DNA of 64,000 nucleotides from NCBI GenBank assembly GCA_040400085.1, contig JBBAQX010000018.1, positions 162 to 64,161 of the forward strand. Direction: 5' to 3'. Positions 44,744 to 57,901 of this stretch are shown piece after piece. Numbering within the stretch: position 1 is the stretch's first letter; each line of letters opens with the position of its first letter. Origin of the DNA: Lysinibacter sp. (GTDB taxonomy: Bacteria > Actinomycetota > Actinomycetes > Actinomycetales > Microbacteriaceae). Position numbers and translations under genes: made by a program. The notes under the pieces were generated by a model. That model was not told the origin of the DNA, searched no databases, and saw only the letters and a program-made list of their open reading frames with translations.

Positions 44744-46294
44744 TTAGCGCTTTTGGTCTAGCCACATCACGTAATTGACAACGGCAGGCGCGGCAATATC
44801 CAACTCAGCAATTCCGCCCGTATAGATCGTATCTACCTCGATTATTCGCCCGCTGCTCGCGCCGAGAATCACCAACCGGTCATAATGAGAATCTGTCGGG
44901 GATGTGACGCGGAAGGCTGTTCCCTGCCTTCCCGCTCTATCGGTAACATCCCCCGCGAGTGAGAAGCCTTCGAATGTCTCTAAGAGGCGAAGGATAGACG
45001 AATGTTGGGACGGCGTCAGGGTCCACTCTCCGAGGAGAGCCACAGCGGCATCCACATAAGCTGTCGGGTCGTTCTCATCCTTTATCGTGTCATTATCCGT
45101 GAGATAGACGCGCATGGACTCTGGGGTAGAAGGGGGTGTGTCCCTGAAAGAGACAGGCATCGTGCCAGGAGGATACGCTTCGCTCCGGAGCACGGTTCCC
45201 GCCTGAGGCGAGTTAGCTCGTGGGGCTGGAGATAACGGCGAACCATCTGGAGCGCGAGCACCTTTCGCCGTGACAGTGATAGTTCCAGACAAGTCCGGTG
45301 CCCATGAAATCGATGTTGTCTCGGGAATGATTGGCGCAGACCCAGCGCTACCGTCTCGTTTTACCTGAATAAACCAACCCTCGAACAAGGCAGCCCGCTG
45401 GGGAATCGTCTCAGCCGCTGCCGCGTCCAGCTTAGAAACGAAGTCTGAGACGGCATCTGTCGTTTTTTCTGAAGTCTTATCAACGGCTAGCATCACCGGT
45501 GTCGTCAGAGACGTTTGAACCGGGTTAAGGAGATTCCACGGCTGGGCGACAGCAATCGCGGCGACGAGAAGTAGCGCCAGAGCAGGAACAAGAAAGCGAG
45601 GGCGGAGCCACCTGCGAAAAGGGCTGTTGGCAGCAGAACGGGTGGCCGTGATCTTGTGGAGATCAGCGAGAGCCCTGCGATCAAGCTCCAGGTCAGGTTC
45701 GGAGACGCTTGGCTCGAGGCGGCTGAGCTCCACCATGCTGAGTGCGGCCATATTGGCTTCGTTTCGTACCATTTCGTCCGGGGACGAGCTATCCTGTCGC
45801 GGGTCAGCGGCTCGTAGCTGTTCCGAAAAGAAAGCGTTGGAATAAGCCTGATCGGAAGCGGTCGTATGCGGCAAGGCATCCACAAGCGCCGCTTTCGCGC
45901 GATCTAGGCGTTTCCAAATACTCTTTTCAGTTGTTCTCAGTACCGTACCGACCTCGACCGCGGTCAGATTCTCCCAATAGGTGAGCTGAAGGCATTCCCT
46001 GTCCTTCTCCGGCAGCTGACGAAGCGCGGTAATAACAGCAGCAGCGTCCACGGGAGATGACGAGCTACTAACGATTGGCGCTTGCGACGACGACGGCAAT
46101 TGGGAACGGGCTATCCTGAGCAATACGGCAAACGAAAAATACTTGCGAGGGACGCAGTGGTTCCATACCGAAGCGAATACCTTCGTAACAATCTCGCGAG
46201 ATGTTTCGGAATCGTCGCAGCGCCTCTCAACAAAGCACAGAACAGAGGAATAATGCGCTCTGTAATAGGCCTCGAACTCTCGGCTCGTTGACAA
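44744..46294 (-). CDS. ECF-like sigma-70 factor fused to a TM helix and a large extracytoplasmic domain
   Basis: 516 aa. It has a region-2-like N-terminus (FEAYYRAHYSSVLCFVERR...) and a region-4 HTH (LPEKDRECLQLTYWENLTAVEVGTVLRTTEKSIWKRLDRAKAAL). A TM helix (FLVPALALLLVAAIAVA) follows at about aa 235, then a ~260-aa C-terminal domain. Confidence 0.65.
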   Translation of the reverse strand: MSTSREFEAYYRAHYSSVLCFVERRCDDSETSREIVTKVFASVWNHCVPRKYFSFAVLLRIARSQLPSSSQAPIVSSSSSPVDAAAVITALRQLPEKDRECLQLTYWENLTAVEVGTVLRTTEKSIWKRLDRAKAALVDALPHTTASDQAYSNAFFSEQLRAADPRQDSSSPDEMVRNEANMAALSMVELSRLEPSVSEPDLELDRRALADLHKITATRSAANSPFRRWLRPRFLVPALALLLVAAIAVAQPWNLLNPVQTSLTTPVMLAVDKTSEKTTDAVSDFVSKLDAAAAETIPQRAALFEGWFIQVKRDGSAGSAPIIPETTSISWAPDLSGTITVTAKGARAPDGSPLSPAPRANSPQAGTVLRSEAYPPGTMPVSFRDTPPSTPESMRVYLTDNDTIKDENDPTAYVDAAVALLGEWTLTPSQHSSILRLLETFEGFSLAGDVTDRAGRQGTAFRVTSPTDSHYDRLVILGASSGRIIEVDTIYTGGIAELDIAAPAVVNYVMWLDQKR

Positions 46295-46496
46295 ATTTTC
46301 TCCCGGTATTGTTCATGAATCCTTAAAGGACCACACGAAAAGTCAATTTTACACTCTGTTTGGATTGCTTACCATGTTGACAGAGTTCTCTTTGTTTAGA
46401 CCCCAAATGACTTGGGCAACGCCTGTGAGACTATAAGAAATATTTATATTGGCATCGTGTTGGCGAAATGTGTGAAAAGCGCTTACTCTCGAAGGG

Positions 46497-47306
46497 ATGA
46501 ATACTGCAATTGCGACTCCTTACGAAGACCTGCTTCGTCACACCCTAGCAACAGGAACAGCAAAGGGTGACCGAACGGGAACGGGTACGACCAGCATCTT
46601 CGGTGCACAGCTTCGATTCAACCTGCAAGAAGGTTTTCCGCTCATAACAACCAAACGGGTACACTTCAAATCGGTCGCGTACGAATTGCTCTGGTTCCTC
46701 CGGGGGGAGAGCAACGTAGGCTGGCTCAAGGAGCACGGCGTGCGTATTTGGGATGAATGGGCCGACCCGCAAGGAGAGCTGGGCCCCGTCTACGGTGTGC
46801 AATGGCGTTCGTGGCCAACACCAAGCGGTGAGCATATCGACCAGATCTCACAGGTCATCGAACAGCTTCGCTCAGACCCCAACTCTCGACGAATCATCGT
46901 GTCAGCGTGGAACGTCGCCGACATCCCCCAGATGGCCCTCGCGCCGTGCCACGCTTTCTTCCAGTTTTACGTTGCGGACGGTAAGCTCTCATGCCAGCTC
47001 TACCAGAGGAGCGCCGATCTCTTTCTCGGAGTCCCATTTAATATTGCCAGCTATGCCATGCTTACGCATATGGTCGCCGCGCAAACCGGGCTCGAGGTAG
47101 GCGACTTCATCTGGACCGGCGGCGATTGCCACATTTACAACAACCACCGGGACCAGGTCGCCGAGCAGCTCACTCGCGAACCCTACAACGCACCGAACCT
47201 GAAAATTGTGCGGCAGCGAGACAGCATCTTTGACTACGAATACGAAGATTTTGAGATCGTCGGATACGAGCATCACCCAGCGATCAAGGGCGCGGTAGCA
47301 GTGTGA
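46497..47306 (+). CDS. thyA: thymidylate synthase (ThyA type)
   Basis: 269 aa with canonical motifs: [45 protein letters not shown]. Confidence 0.95.
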   Translation: MNTAIATPYEDLLRHTLATGTAKGDRTGTGTTSIFGAQLRFNLQEGFPLITTKRVHFKSVAYELLWFLRGESNVGWLKEHGVRIWDEWADPQGELGPVYGVQWRSWPTPSGEHIDQISQVIEQLRSDPNSRRIIVSAWNVADIPQMALAPCHAFFQFYVADGKLSCQLYQRSADLFLGVPFNIASYAMLTHMVAAQTGLEVGDFIWTGGDCHIYNNHRDQVAEQLTREPYNAPNLKIVRQRDSIFDYEYEDFEIVGYEHHPAIKGAVAV

Positions 47307-47848
47307 GTACCCCTCGTATCGGGCTCGTCTGGGCCCAGGCCCGAGACGGAGTGATCGGGCTCGATGGTGTCATGCCCTGGCACGTTCCGGAGGACCTTGC
47401 GCACTTCAAACGGATAACCCTTGGCCGCCCCGTCATCATGGGACGGCGAACCTGGGACTCGCTCCCAGCGAGATTCCGTCCGCTCGAAGGGCGCCGCAAC
47501 ATCGTGATTACCCGTCAAGAAAGCTGGAGTTCCCCGGGAGCAGAGGTGTGTAGCTCGATAGAGGATGCTCTCGCCGTTGCGCTCGCCGGGCGAAGCATGA
47601 GGGAAGGCGATCCCCCAGAAGGTGAAAGCCCTGCGGTGGATGCGTGGGTGATTGGCGGCGGCGAGATCTATCGGCAGGCGATGGACCGAGCATCCGTTCT
47701 CGAGGTAACAGAGATAAACCATGACTTTGACGGTGACACGTACGCACCCGAGATCGGGATTGGCTGGGTGCCCGAGCCCGCACCCGGGCCGTGGCTGACC
47801 TCGACACGGGGAATCGAGTACCGATTCGTCACCTACCGCCGGGCCTGA
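47303..47848 (+). CDS. folA: dihydrofolate reductase
   Basis: 181 aa. Reads [50 protein letters not shown]. It overlaps the thyA stop (GTGA). Confidence 0.9.
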   Translation: MSTPRIGLVWAQARDGVIGLDGVMPWHVPEDLAHFKRITLGRPVIMGRRTWDSLPARFRPLEGRRNIVITRQESWSSPGAEVCSSIEDALAVALAGRSMREGDPPEGESPAVDAWVIGGGEIYRQAMDRASVLEVTEINHDFDGDTYAPEIGIGWVPEPAPGPWLTSTRGIEYRFVTYRRA

Positions 47849-47858
47849 GCCATGACGC

Positions 47859-48101
47859 TTACTCGGCGTCGATAATATCCTCTTCAAGGCTCCAGACACG
47901 ATCGCCGCTATCGCCGTCAGAAAGCTCGACGATGAGCGCATGAGCGTCGATATCGTCGGCATAAAGGATTTCGCGAGCAGCCGCGACAACCACCTCGCGA
48001 TCTTCGTCGGCCTCATTCTCCTCTTTAGCGGCAATGAGTGCCTCACGATAGAGAACGATTGCGTTGTCTAGTTCATCCTCGGTGAAGTTTTGGGTAGTCA
48101 T
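47859..48101 (-). CDS. hypothetical small acidic protein
   Basis: 80 aa and very D/E-rich. I recognise no motif. Confidence 0.4.
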   Translation of the reverse strand: MTTQNFTEDELDNAIVLYREALIAAKEENEADEDREVVVAAAREILYADDIDAHALIVELSDGDSGDRVWSLEEDIIDAE

Positions 48102-48161
48102 AACAGTTTCCTCGCTCGGTGTGTAGAAGTTAACGTTACCCGCTGAAAGCGGCCAGAAGAG

Positions 48162-48506
48162 TTAAATCCCCAGTTTTCCTAACATTCTCCAAACGGCTGT
48201 GCTCAATTCGGGATGCTCGCGGGCAATCTCATGCAGCACCTCATCTTCGATCCGATCCGCGTTATGCCTGTGTTCTTGCGCATCGTAGACTGAACTTTTC
48301 CCGGCCAACCGGGCCAAACCATGCTCGGCGGCGAGCCCTCGGGCATGCAGGCCGTCAGAGAGAAGAGCGCCGACAACGAGCTCGTCGATGGACGGAATAT
48401 CCATGATGAACTCTGCCGGGTCTTCTCCATCGCGCGCATGATGCTCAATCAACACCTCTCGTTCAAGGTATGCATTTCGGCGCATATACTCGATTGTGTC
48501 GATCAC
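48162..48506 (-). CDS. hypothetical protein
   Basis: 114 aa. It overlaps the upstream ORF by 4 nt, indicating an operon with 48503..49411. Confidence 0.45.
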   Translation of the reverse strand: MIDTIEYMRRNAYLEREVLIEHHARDGEDPAEFIMDIPSIDELVVGALLSDGLHARGLAAEHGLARLAGKSSVYDAQEHRHNADRIEDEVLHEIAREHPELSTAVWRMLGKLGI

Positions 48507-49411
48507 GGCTGTAGCCTCGCAATCTTCCGGGCGGTTTCAATCGCCTCGACCACTCGGGCGCGAAGGCTATTCGACCGGGCAGCGAACTCGCGCTGCCGCC
48601 GAACGTATTCAGCTTTTCCCTCATCCGTCTCAATGGCGACGGCGCTCAGGTCGTGTTCCGACACGTCGTAGGGAGAAGCTTGCATATCAAGAATACGGAT
48701 GTCTCGGGACAACTCGAAACTATCCAGCAACAGCTCCCCGGGGATCAACGGACCCAGTTTCGTTATCCACTTGTACACGTCCATTCCGGCGTGAAGGCAG
48801 CCGGGTTGCTCCAGCATCGGCTGGTTATCTCTCGTGGGTCTCAGCGCGTTCAGCGGTGCCGCGGCCGGTGTGAAAAAACGGTAGGCGTCGTAGTGAGAAC
48901 AGGCGATCTTATGTGACTCGACAACCGCATCCGTCTCAGCCTGTGAAAGCCGCAATGGCGTGTCCTGGTGGCGAACCTCGTGAGGCGCGAGCTGATAAAC
49001 CATCGCCCATTCGTGCAGCCCGAAACAGCTGAATTGCCCCGGCCTCGCCGCGGTATCTCGCATGAGCCTCTCGATGAAATTGATGGATGCCGGTTTGCTC
49101 TCGATGAACCCCGCAGCGTCTGCCACAAGTTCGGCGCCGCGCGTCTGATACCAGCGCCAGCTCGCCCGGGTCTCGTGCGAGGCATCCTCCAGCGAGACCC
49201 CTGCCCCGGGGTGCCAGCGCCGAAGCAGCGACGGTTTGAAAGGGTAATAGGTGAAGAGGAAATCCTCGATTGAGTGTTTTTCTCCGGTCTGTTGGCGTTG
49301 CCTCCAACCGGCAGTGAGGATATCTGCCCGGTGTCGGTGTCGCTCATCGAGATCTGACCACTCGGCGCGGCTGAGTGCAGCGTATGCGCGAGTTGTGGTT
49401 GTGGTCATCAT
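48503..49411 (-). CDS. conserved hypothetical protein (a family I recall being labelled 3-methyladenine DNA glycosylase in some annotations; unverified)
   Basis: 302 aa. It contains the motif EDFLFTYYPFKPSLLRRWHPG and HEWAMVY. The functional label is from memory only. Confidence 0.35.
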   Translation of the reverse strand: MMTTTTTRAYAALSRAEWSDLDERHRHRADILTAGWRQRQQTGEKHSIEDFLFTYYPFKPSLLRRWHPGAGVSLEDASHETRASWRWYQTRGAELVADAAGFIESKPASINFIERLMRDTAARPGQFSCFGLHEWAMVYQLAPHEVRHQDTPLRLSQAETDAVVESHKIACSHYDAYRFFTPAAAPLNALRPTRDNQPMLEQPGCLHAGMDVYKWITKLGPLIPGELLLDSFELSRDIRILDMQASPYDVSEHDLSAVAIETDEGKAEYVRRQREFAARSNSLRARVVEAIETARKIARLQP

Positions 49412-49523
49412 ACAAGTCTAAGCGTTTGTAGCGGACGTGTTCTCTGTCCGTTCAGGTCCAGAGCGCGGCAGGAGACCGTAATGCACGGTTAGTATTGAAC
49501 TCGCTCGTAAAGAATTTCTGGTT

Positions 49524-50306
49524 ATGCCCGGACGGGGATGGCCTATTCATCTGTTAGGAACCGTCGTGAACCAAACCCAGCTCTGGACCCCTGCGCCCGA
49601 GGTATCAGCCCAACTCTCAAATCCTCAGAATTTTAGTCGCGCGGTGAAGGCTCCCTCAGCGTCTACGAAGGCGCTGTCGACCGTTGGTATTATCGCTTTG
49701 GCGCTGCTGGTCTATAACCTGGTTAACACGATCACGAGCCTGAATAAGAATGGCCTTTCCAGCAAGTACTTCGTGGATATGTTCTTTACCGTTGAGTCAT
49801 ACTCCGGAAGCGTAAATCCGATTCTTGTGCTTCAGGTGTGGGGTCCGATTCTCGCGATTCCTCTTATCGTTGTGCTTCTGATTATTTCTCTCAGTACAAA
49901 GGATGCCCGCGCCCGCAAGGTTTTCGAGGCGTACCAGAGTGGCGGATATATCGCTGTGGCGAATACCCTTCCTCTTGCTGTTGTCTCGGGACGGGTGTCT
50001 TACACTCCCCTGGTGCTCCTGTCGCCTCTGGCTGACGCTAATCTCTCTGCCGACTGGTACATCAATCAGGTGAAGCATATTGAGGGCCTCACCTCGAAAG
50101 AGAAAAAGATCTTGGCGAAAGATTTTGGTCGTCAGGTCAAGAGTGCTGCGAAGCTTCCCGAGATGCGTACAGTTTTCCAGCACGCACCCGCCGAGATGTT
50201 TCTGACGTTTGTGGCTGCGACTAAAGAGCAGTCGCGGCTCTATGTCGTGCTTCCAACGCAGAGTGGACGCACCGCGCTTCCTGTGAAAGTTCAGTCCCTG
50301 GGCTAG
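49524..50306 (+). CDS. hypothetical membrane protein
   Basis: 260 aa with two clear TM helices (TVGIIALALLVYNLV and ILAIPLIVVLLIISL). The start is uncertain. Confidence 0.45.
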   Translation: MPGRGWPIHLLGTVVNQTQLWTPAPEVSAQLSNPQNFSRAVKAPSASTKALSTVGIIALALLVYNLVNTITSLNKNGLSSKYFVDMFFTVESYSGSVNPILVLQVWGPILAIPLIVVLLIISLSTKDARARKVFEAYQSGGYIAVANTLPLAVVSGRVSYTPLVLLSPLADANLSADWYINQVKHIEGLTSKEKKILAKDFGRQVKSAAKLPEMRTVFQHAPAEMFLTFVAATKEQSRLYVVLPTQSGRTALPVKVQSLG

Positions 50307-51091
50307 CTCGGGCGAACCGAGCGCTCTGCGATACCGAGGATGACGCGTTCGGGCAGCAGTCGGCTCACAACCCGCGAGACGAAGGCGTTTCCTATGCCGT
50401 CGACCACGGTCGCTTTTCTGCCTCCCAGAGTTTTTAGCGCGAGTGTCACAACTTGCTCGGGGGTGCGTCGCGAACCAACGGAGGCATTTTCTCCGACGGT
50501 CTCGAAGAATGGTGTGTCTGTCGCGCCCGGGTTAATTGCGAGAACTTTGACGCCGGTATTGCGGTTTTCTGACCACAGCGAGCGGGTGAAGGACAGGACA
50601 AAAGCCTTTGTCGCCGAGTAGACGGCCATATGGGGTACCGATTGGAAGCCCGCAGTGCTTGCTACGTTGATGACGGCCCCGCTGCCCCGTTTAACCATGG
50701 GGGAGATGAAGCGAATGGATGTTCCGACGAGCGTTCCTACGTTGAGCTGTACCTGATCTGCCATGCGCTGCGGGTCGGCATCGTGCACATCGCCGTGCGT
50801 TGCGAATCCGGCGTTGTTGATGAGGATGTCAACGTCGTGTCCGAGTAGTTCCACCTCTGCTTGGAGCTCCTCTGCCGAGTCTGGCTGCGCGAGGTCGAGG
50901 GCGATGGTGTCTACTCGCGCACCTGTTTTCCTCTGAAGATTGTTCTTCAGATCCTCGAGTTTGTCTCCTGATCGAGCTACCAGGATCAGGTTGCTTCCGT
51001 GAGACGCAAGCTGCCTGGCGAACTCTGCGCCGATTCCGGTTGAGGCACCTGTCACGAGTGCTGTTTTACGAGAGTAATAGGTGTGTGTCAT
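50303..51091 (-). CDS. SDR-family oxidoreductase
   Basis: Contains TALVTGASTGIG (TGxxxGxG), NNAG and YSATKAF (YxxxK). The start is taken at ATG 51091 rather than the track start at 51259. Confidence 0.85.
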   Translation of the reverse strand: MTHTYYSRKTALVTGASTGIGAEFARQLASHGSNLILVARSGDKLEDLKNNLQRKTGARVDTIALDLAQPDSAEELQAEVELLGHDVDILINNAGFATHGDVHDADPQRMADQVQLNVGTLVGTSIRFISPMVKRGSGAVINVASTAGFQSVPHMAVYSATKAFVLSFTRSLWSENRNTGVKVLAINPGATDTPFFETVGENASVGSRRTPEQVVTLALKTLGGRKATVVDGIGNAFVSRVVSRLLPERVILGIAERSVRPS

Positions 51092-51339
51092 TTTGCTATC
51101 CGTACATACTAGTTGGTTTGTTTTGAGAACGCGGCGCTCCTGAACGATCCGTGTGAGGCGGTCATGATTCGGTGTGTGCTCGTGGATAATAATACATACC
51201 GAATGGTCGGTTTTGCAAGTGTTGTTCGCTGAACAAAGCCTGATTGCCCACCTGGCCATACCATTCAGCGAAAAAATAGCGTTCTACGCACAATAACCAG
51301 CGGAGTGCCAGCGCGCAGCCAGGACGATATCCTGAGGAG

Positions 51340-51990
51340 GTGACACCAGACGATGCCGGAACCGCGAGCTACAAAACCATTCAGCGCCCGGTAGAGACCG
51401 AGACCGAGATTAAACGGTCGCGATTCATCTGCTTTCTTGAGCCGGTCGACAACGAAGAAGACGCCCGTTCCCGCATCGCCCAAATCCGCGCATTGCATCC
51501 CAAAGCTCGCCACCACTGCAGCGCCTTCGTGCTCGGGGAACGGCAACAAACGCAGAGAACAAATGATGACGGAGAACCCTCCGGAACAGCAGGGGCTCCC
51601 ATGCTCGACGCCCTGCTTGGTGCCGAACTGAGCGACGTCCTCGCAGTGGTCGTACGCTACTTCGGAGGTGTGCTGCTGGGAGCCGGGGGATTGACCAGAG
51701 CTTACCGGGCATCCGTTGCCGAGGCGGTTGCCTCTTCAACGGTTGTTGTGCGCGAATTGCGGATGTCCGTAGAGATTTCTACCGACTACGCCTCAGCCGC
51801 GCTGATCGAGGCAGAAGCCTACCGGCGCGGCTGGGTTGTGCTGGGCAGCGACTACGCAGAAGCTGTCGTGATGACGCTTTCTGTTCCGCCCGGCCAGCTC
51901 GACCTGGTGAGGCAGAGAGTCGCCGAGCTCACAGCCGGGCGTTCGACGCCACGCGAGGTCGGCGTGGGGTACGTGACTCTCGCTCCCTGA
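51340..51990 (+). CDS. yigZ: YigZ/IMPACT-family protein (UPF0029)
   Basis: 216 aa. Reads KRSRFICFLEPV...ARHHCSAFVLG...DDGEPSGTAGAPML, typical of the family. Confidence 0.75.
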   Translation: MTPDDAGTASYKTIQRPVETETEIKRSRFICFLEPVDNEEDARSRIAQIRALHPKARHHCSAFVLGERQQTQRTNDDGEPSGTAGAPMLDALLGAELSDVLAVVVRYFGGVLLGAGGLTRAYRASVAEAVASSTVVVRELRMSVEISTDYASAALIEAEAYRRGWVVLGSDYAEAVVMTLSVPPGQLDLVRQRVAELTAGRSTPREVGVGYVTLAP

Positions 51991-52033
51991 GGGACCTCTC
52001 GCTGGCCGGGCGGCCTAAGTTAGTCCGAAGTCA

Positions 52034-54361
52034 CTAGCCGACGGTTGCGCCAAAGTGAGCCGGGAGCGTCGCGCGCGATGTGGTCCGGAGCTCATCGACG
52101 CCGACAGCGAACGTGTCCTGGACCTCTAGCGCCGCGCCGTCAGTCACGCCGATGCGCAGCACGGGGTAGTCGCGGCCCGCGCACAGACCCTTGAACTTGA
52201 CGTCCTCCTCGCGGGGAACAGAGACGATGACCCGGCCGGTGCTCTCCGAGAACAGCGCGGTCAGCGTATCCACCCCATCGCGATCGACAATGTCGTCGAG
52301 CCACACCCGAGCGCCAACGCCGAAACGCATCACGCTCTCCGCCAGAGCCTGGGCAAGTCCGCCGTCAGCGAGATCGTGGGCCGAATCGATGATGCCGCCC
52401 TGGATGCCAGCCTGCAGCAGCTCAGCCAGGTTCTTTTCCGCGGCCAGATCGACGGCCGGCGGAAGCCCGCCGAGGTGATCGTGAACAGTATTAGCCCAGG
52501 CAGAGCCGTCGAGCTCCGTCTTGGTCGTGCCGAGCAGGTAGATGTTGTGGCCCTCGTCCTGCCACCCTGACGGCACGCGCCTGGCGACATTGTCGATGAT
52601 GCCCAGCACGCCGACCACTGGGGTCGGGAAGATCGGAGTATCGCCCGTCTGATTGTAGAACGACACGTTTCCGCCCGTCACTGGGATCTCGAGGGCGAGG
52701 CACGCGTCGGAAAGCCCCTCGACAGTTTGCTTGAACTGCCACATGACCTCGGGGTTTTCGGGGCTACCGAAGTTGAGGCAATCTGTGACCGCCGCCGGAA
52801 CAGCGCCCGTCACGGCCACGTTGCGGTAGGCCTCGGCCAGCGCGAGCTGAGCACCCGCGAACGGGTCGAGCTGGCAGTAGCGGCCATTGGCATCCGTCGC
52901 AATCGCGAAGCCCAGCCCCGACTCCTCATCGACCCGGATCATTCCTCCGTCATCGGGGAAGCTGAGCGCCGTATTGCCCATCACGTAGTAGTCATACTGG
53001 TTCGTGACCCAGCTCTTGTCGGCCAGGTTGGGGCTGCCGACGAGTGACAGGAATTGCGCTCGCAGTTCCTCCGGCGTTACGTCGCGGGAGAATTTCGCCG
53101 CGGAGTCCGCCTGGAGGGCGTCGATCCACGCCGGGTATTCGACCGGGCGCTCGTAGACGGGTCCGTCGACCGCGACCGTACTGGGATCGACATTGACGAT
53201 CTCTTCGCCGTGCCAGTTGATCACAAGGCGGCCCGTATCGGTGACGTGACCGAGAACGCTCGTCTCAACATCCCATTTGCGAGTCACCTCGAGGAAGGCA
53301 TCGAGCTTATCTGGGGCCACGACCGCCATCATGCGCTCCTGGCTCTCCGACATGAGGATCTCCTCGGCGGTCAGCGAGGGGTCGCGCAGCAGCACGCTGT
53401 CGAGCTCGATAAACATCCCGCCGTCACCGTTGGCTGCCAGCTCGCTCGTGGCGCAGCTGATACCGGCGGCACCGAGGTCCTGAATACCCTCGACCAGTTC
53501 GTCGCGGTACAGCTCCAGGCAGCACTCGATCAGCACCTTCTCGGCGAAGGGGTCGCCGACCTGAACAGCAGGGCGTTTGGTGGGGCCGCCATCATCGAAC
53601 GAATCCGACGCGAGAATGGATGCTCCACCAATTCCGTCGCCGCCCGTGCGCGCGCCGAAGAGTACAACCTTGTTGCCGACACCCGACGCGTTCGCGAGGT
53701 GCAGATCCTCGTGGCGCAGCACACCGACGGAGAGCGCGTTCACGAGAGGGTTGCCCTGATAAACCGGGTCAAAGTAGGTCTCGCCGCCGATATTCGGCAG
53801 GCCGAGGCAGTTTCCGTAGAAGCTGATACCCGACACAACACCGTGCACGACGCGAGCCGTGTCCGGGTCATCGATCTTGCCGAAACGCAGCTGATCCATG
53901 ATAGCGACCGGGCGCGCGCCCATCGAGATAATGTCGCGTACGATACCGCCGACGCCCGTTGCGGCGCCCTGGAAAGGCTCAATATAGCTGGGATGATTGT
54001 GGCTCTCCACCTTGAACGTCACGGCCCAGCCCTCGCCTACGTCGACAACGCCGGCGTTTTCGCCCATGCCGACCATGAGCTTTTCCGTCATCTTTGGTGT
54101 GACCTTCTGACCGAATTGGCGCAGGTAAATCTTCGACGACTTGTACGAGCAGTGCTCGCTCCACATCACCGAATACATCGCGAGCTCGCCCGACGTTGGG
54201 CGGCGGCCCAGGATCTCTTTGATCTTCTCGTACTCGTCAGCCTTGAGCCCCAGTGCGCCGTATGGCTGCTCTTTCTCGGGCGTTGCCTGAGCGTTCGCGA
54301 CGGTGTCAGGAACGTGAGCGTTGGGGTGAGCGGTTTCGGTATGCGGTGTAGTTTCAGTCAC
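52034..54361 (-). CDS. purL: phosphoribosylformylglycinamidine synthase subunit PurL
   Basis: 775 aa. Contains [25 protein letters not shown] and other canonical PurL (small-type) motifs. Confidence 0.95.
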   Translation of the reverse strand: MTETTPHTETAHPNAHVPDTVANAQATPEKEQPYGALGLKADEYEKIKEILGRRPTSGELAMYSVMWSEHCSYKSSKIYLRQFGQKVTPKMTEKLMVGMGENAGVVDVGEGWAVTFKVESHNHPSYIEPFQGAATGVGGIVRDIISMGARPVAIMDQLRFGKIDDPDTARVVHGVVSGISFYGNCLGLPNIGGETYFDPVYQGNPLVNALSVGVLRHEDLHLANASGVGNKVVLFGARTGGDGIGGASILASDSFDDGGPTKRPAVQVGDPFAEKVLIECCLELYRDELVEGIQDLGAAGISCATSELAANGDGGMFIELDSVLLRDPSLTAEEILMSESQERMMAVVAPDKLDAFLEVTRKWDVETSVLGHVTDTGRLVINWHGEEIVNVDPSTVAVDGPVYERPVEYPAWIDALQADSAAKFSRDVTPEELRAQFLSLVGSPNLADKSWVTNQYDYYVMGNTALSFPDDGGMIRVDEESGLGFAIATDANGRYCQLDPFAGAQLALAEAYRNVAVTGAVPAAVTDCLNFGSPENPEVMWQFKQTVEGLSDACLALEIPVTGGNVSFYNQTGDTPIFPTPVVGVLGIIDNVARRVPSGWQDEGHNIYLLGTTKTELDGSAWANTVHDHLGGLPPAVDLAAEKNLAELLQAGIQGGIIDSAHDLADGGLAQALAESVMRFGVGARVWLDDIVDRDGVDTLTALFSESTGRVIVSVPREEDVKFKGLCAGRDYPVLRIGVTDGAALEVQDTFAVGVDELRTTSRATLPAHFGATVG

Positions 54362-54753
54362 GCGACGAGAGCCTATCGATTTCGTGGGATACCAGACTCG
54401 ATTAGTCTACCGTGCCTCTCAACGGACGGATGCGTCGCTCGCGTGGCACCTTCCCGCCGCCGCATCGCTCCTCCAGCGTGACACTCGGGAGCCAGCCGTA
54501 TCCGCACTGTCCGTGCTGCCTGCGTTGTCTCTGTAGCAAGGTCGGGTTTTGTCCCTGCTCTCTGGCGCGAGCTTCTGTCTCTAGTCTCTGTTCCCTGTCG
54601 CTGTCTCCAGAAGTTTTTGGTCCGTCTTGCGGGTAGGCATGTCCCAGACCTACAAAACAGGCCAAAAAGTTTTTACTCGGGCTGCTTTCGGATAAACTTG
54701 CCCCTACGGGGATTTTGGCCGGGGGCAAGCAGGGCGTTATGAGGAAGAAATAA

Positions 54754-56559
<1,806 letters not shown>

Positions 56560-56614
56560 CGTAGCCGCTCAGGTCGACGCAGCCATGCCTCGGCGGAACC
56601 CTGCGCCCCGCGGA

Positions 56615-57901
56615 CTAAGCCGTCTTGCGCCAGCGGCCCACAGCGTTCATGAGGTGGTAGACCGCGATGGCAACGATTGTTCCCATCGCGATCCCGTTGA
56701 GCTCAAAAGCGCCGCTGATGAATTGCACATTGGCAATCGCAAACGCTAACGCGAGGCCCGCAGTGAACTGATTGATGGGCTTACCGAAGTCAACCTTGTT
56801 ATCGACCCAAATCTTCATCCCGATCACACCGATCAAGCCGTACAGGGCCATGGTCACACCGCCGAGAACGCCGGAGGGAATCGAGAAGATCAGCGCCCCA
56901 ACTTTTGGCGAGAACCCCAGAAGAATCGCAAACGTACCTGCAACCCAATAAGCGGCCGTCGAGTACACGCGGGTCGCGGCCATGACGCCAATGTTTTCAC
57001 CGTAGGTCGTTGTTCCGGACCCCCCGAAGAATCCCGCGATCGTGGTTGAAAGGCCGTCGGCAATCAGGGCGCGGCCCGTGAGCTTGTTCACGCTGGGATC
57101 CGTCATCTGAGCGACCCCACGGATATGGCCCACATTCTCGGCAAGAAGAACGAGCAAGACGGGGATAAAGGCAGGCAAAACCATCAGTACGGATGGGTCC
57201 GCAAACGGGTTTGCGGGCAGCGCGAACTCGGGCAGGCCAACCCAGGCTGCATCGTTGAACGCGGTAAAGTCGACCTCGCCAATCACGGCGGCAACCACAT
57301 ACCCTATGACGACGCCCACAAAGATGGACACGCGCCCGATGATCCCGCGGAAAATCACCGTGCAGAGAATGACAGAACCAAGAGTAATGTATGCGGTGAC
57401 CGGAGATTTGCTGAAGTTTTCGTATGCAGTGGGGATCAGGTTAAACCCGATGAGCGCAACAATTGCCCCGGACACGACCGGGGGCATCAGCGCATTGATC
57501 CACCCGGTTCCGAACTTCTGGGTTACCCACCCGATGAGCATAAAGAGCAACCCGATAAGCACGATGCCCAAAAGCGCACCGGGGATGCCAAAACCTGACT
57601 TGGCGGCGGCGATTGGGGTAATGAATGCGAACGAAGACCCTAAGTAGCTGGGCATCCTATTCTTGGTGATAATGAGGAAGAGCAGCGTTCCCACACCCGA
57701 AAAGAAAAGCGTGGTACTTACCGGGAAACCGGTGATAAGCGGAACAAGGAATGTGGCGCCAAACATAGCGATCACATGTTGCATGCCGATGCCGATAGTG
57801 CGCGGCCAGGATAAGCGTTCACCCGGGGCTACCACCTCGCCGGGTGCGACGGTCTTGCCATCGCCGTGAGTAGTCCACGAGAGTTTTGGGATGCGGATCA
57901 C
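56615..57901 (-). CDS. NCS2-family nucleobase (uracil/xanthine) permease
   Basis: 428 aa and multi-spanning. The pattern GMQHVIAMFGATFLVPLITGF...ENIGVMAATRVYS is typical of uracil-xanthine permeases. Confidence 0.8.
   Translation of the reverse strand: MIRIPKLSWTTHGDGKTVAPGEVVAPGERLSWPRTIGIGMQHVIAMFGATFLVPLITGFPVSTTLFFSGVGTLLFLIITKNRMPSYLGSSFAFITPIAAAKSGFGIPGALLGIVLIGLLFMLIGWVTQKFGTGWINALMPPVVSGAIVALIGFNLIPTAYENFSKSPVTAYITLGSVILCTVIFRGIIGRVSIFVGVVIGYVVAAVIGEVDFTAFNDAAWVGLPEFALPANPFADPSVLMVLPAFIPVLLVLLAENVGHIRGVAQMTDPSVNKLTGRALIADGLSTTIAGFFGGSGTTTYGENIGVMAATRVYSTAAYWVAGTFAILLGFSPKVGALIFSIPSGVLGGVTMALYGLIGVIGMKIWVDNKVDFGKPINQFTAGLALAFAIANVQFISGAFELNGIAMGTIVAIAVYHLMNAVGRWRKTA

Noticed and set aside
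47273-48046. 257-aa minus-strand ORF
   Set aside because: It overlaps folA on the opposite strand and runs into the next gene. It is R/P/G-rich nonsense composition.
53054-54481. 475-aa plus-strand ORF
   Set aside because: It lies entirely antisense to purL, whose identity is unambiguous. Its R/A/L/V-rich composition is typical of shadow ORFs in high-GC DNA.
54362-54753. purL upstream region: 108-aa ORF 54402..54728 and a pyrimidine-rich tract (GA/ACAG-rich on the purL strand); possible ZTP/purine riboswitch
   Set aside because: The ORF is low-complexity and has no start context. I could not recognise the conserved ZTP or purine riboswitch cores by eye. It is left uncalled pending an Infernal scan.
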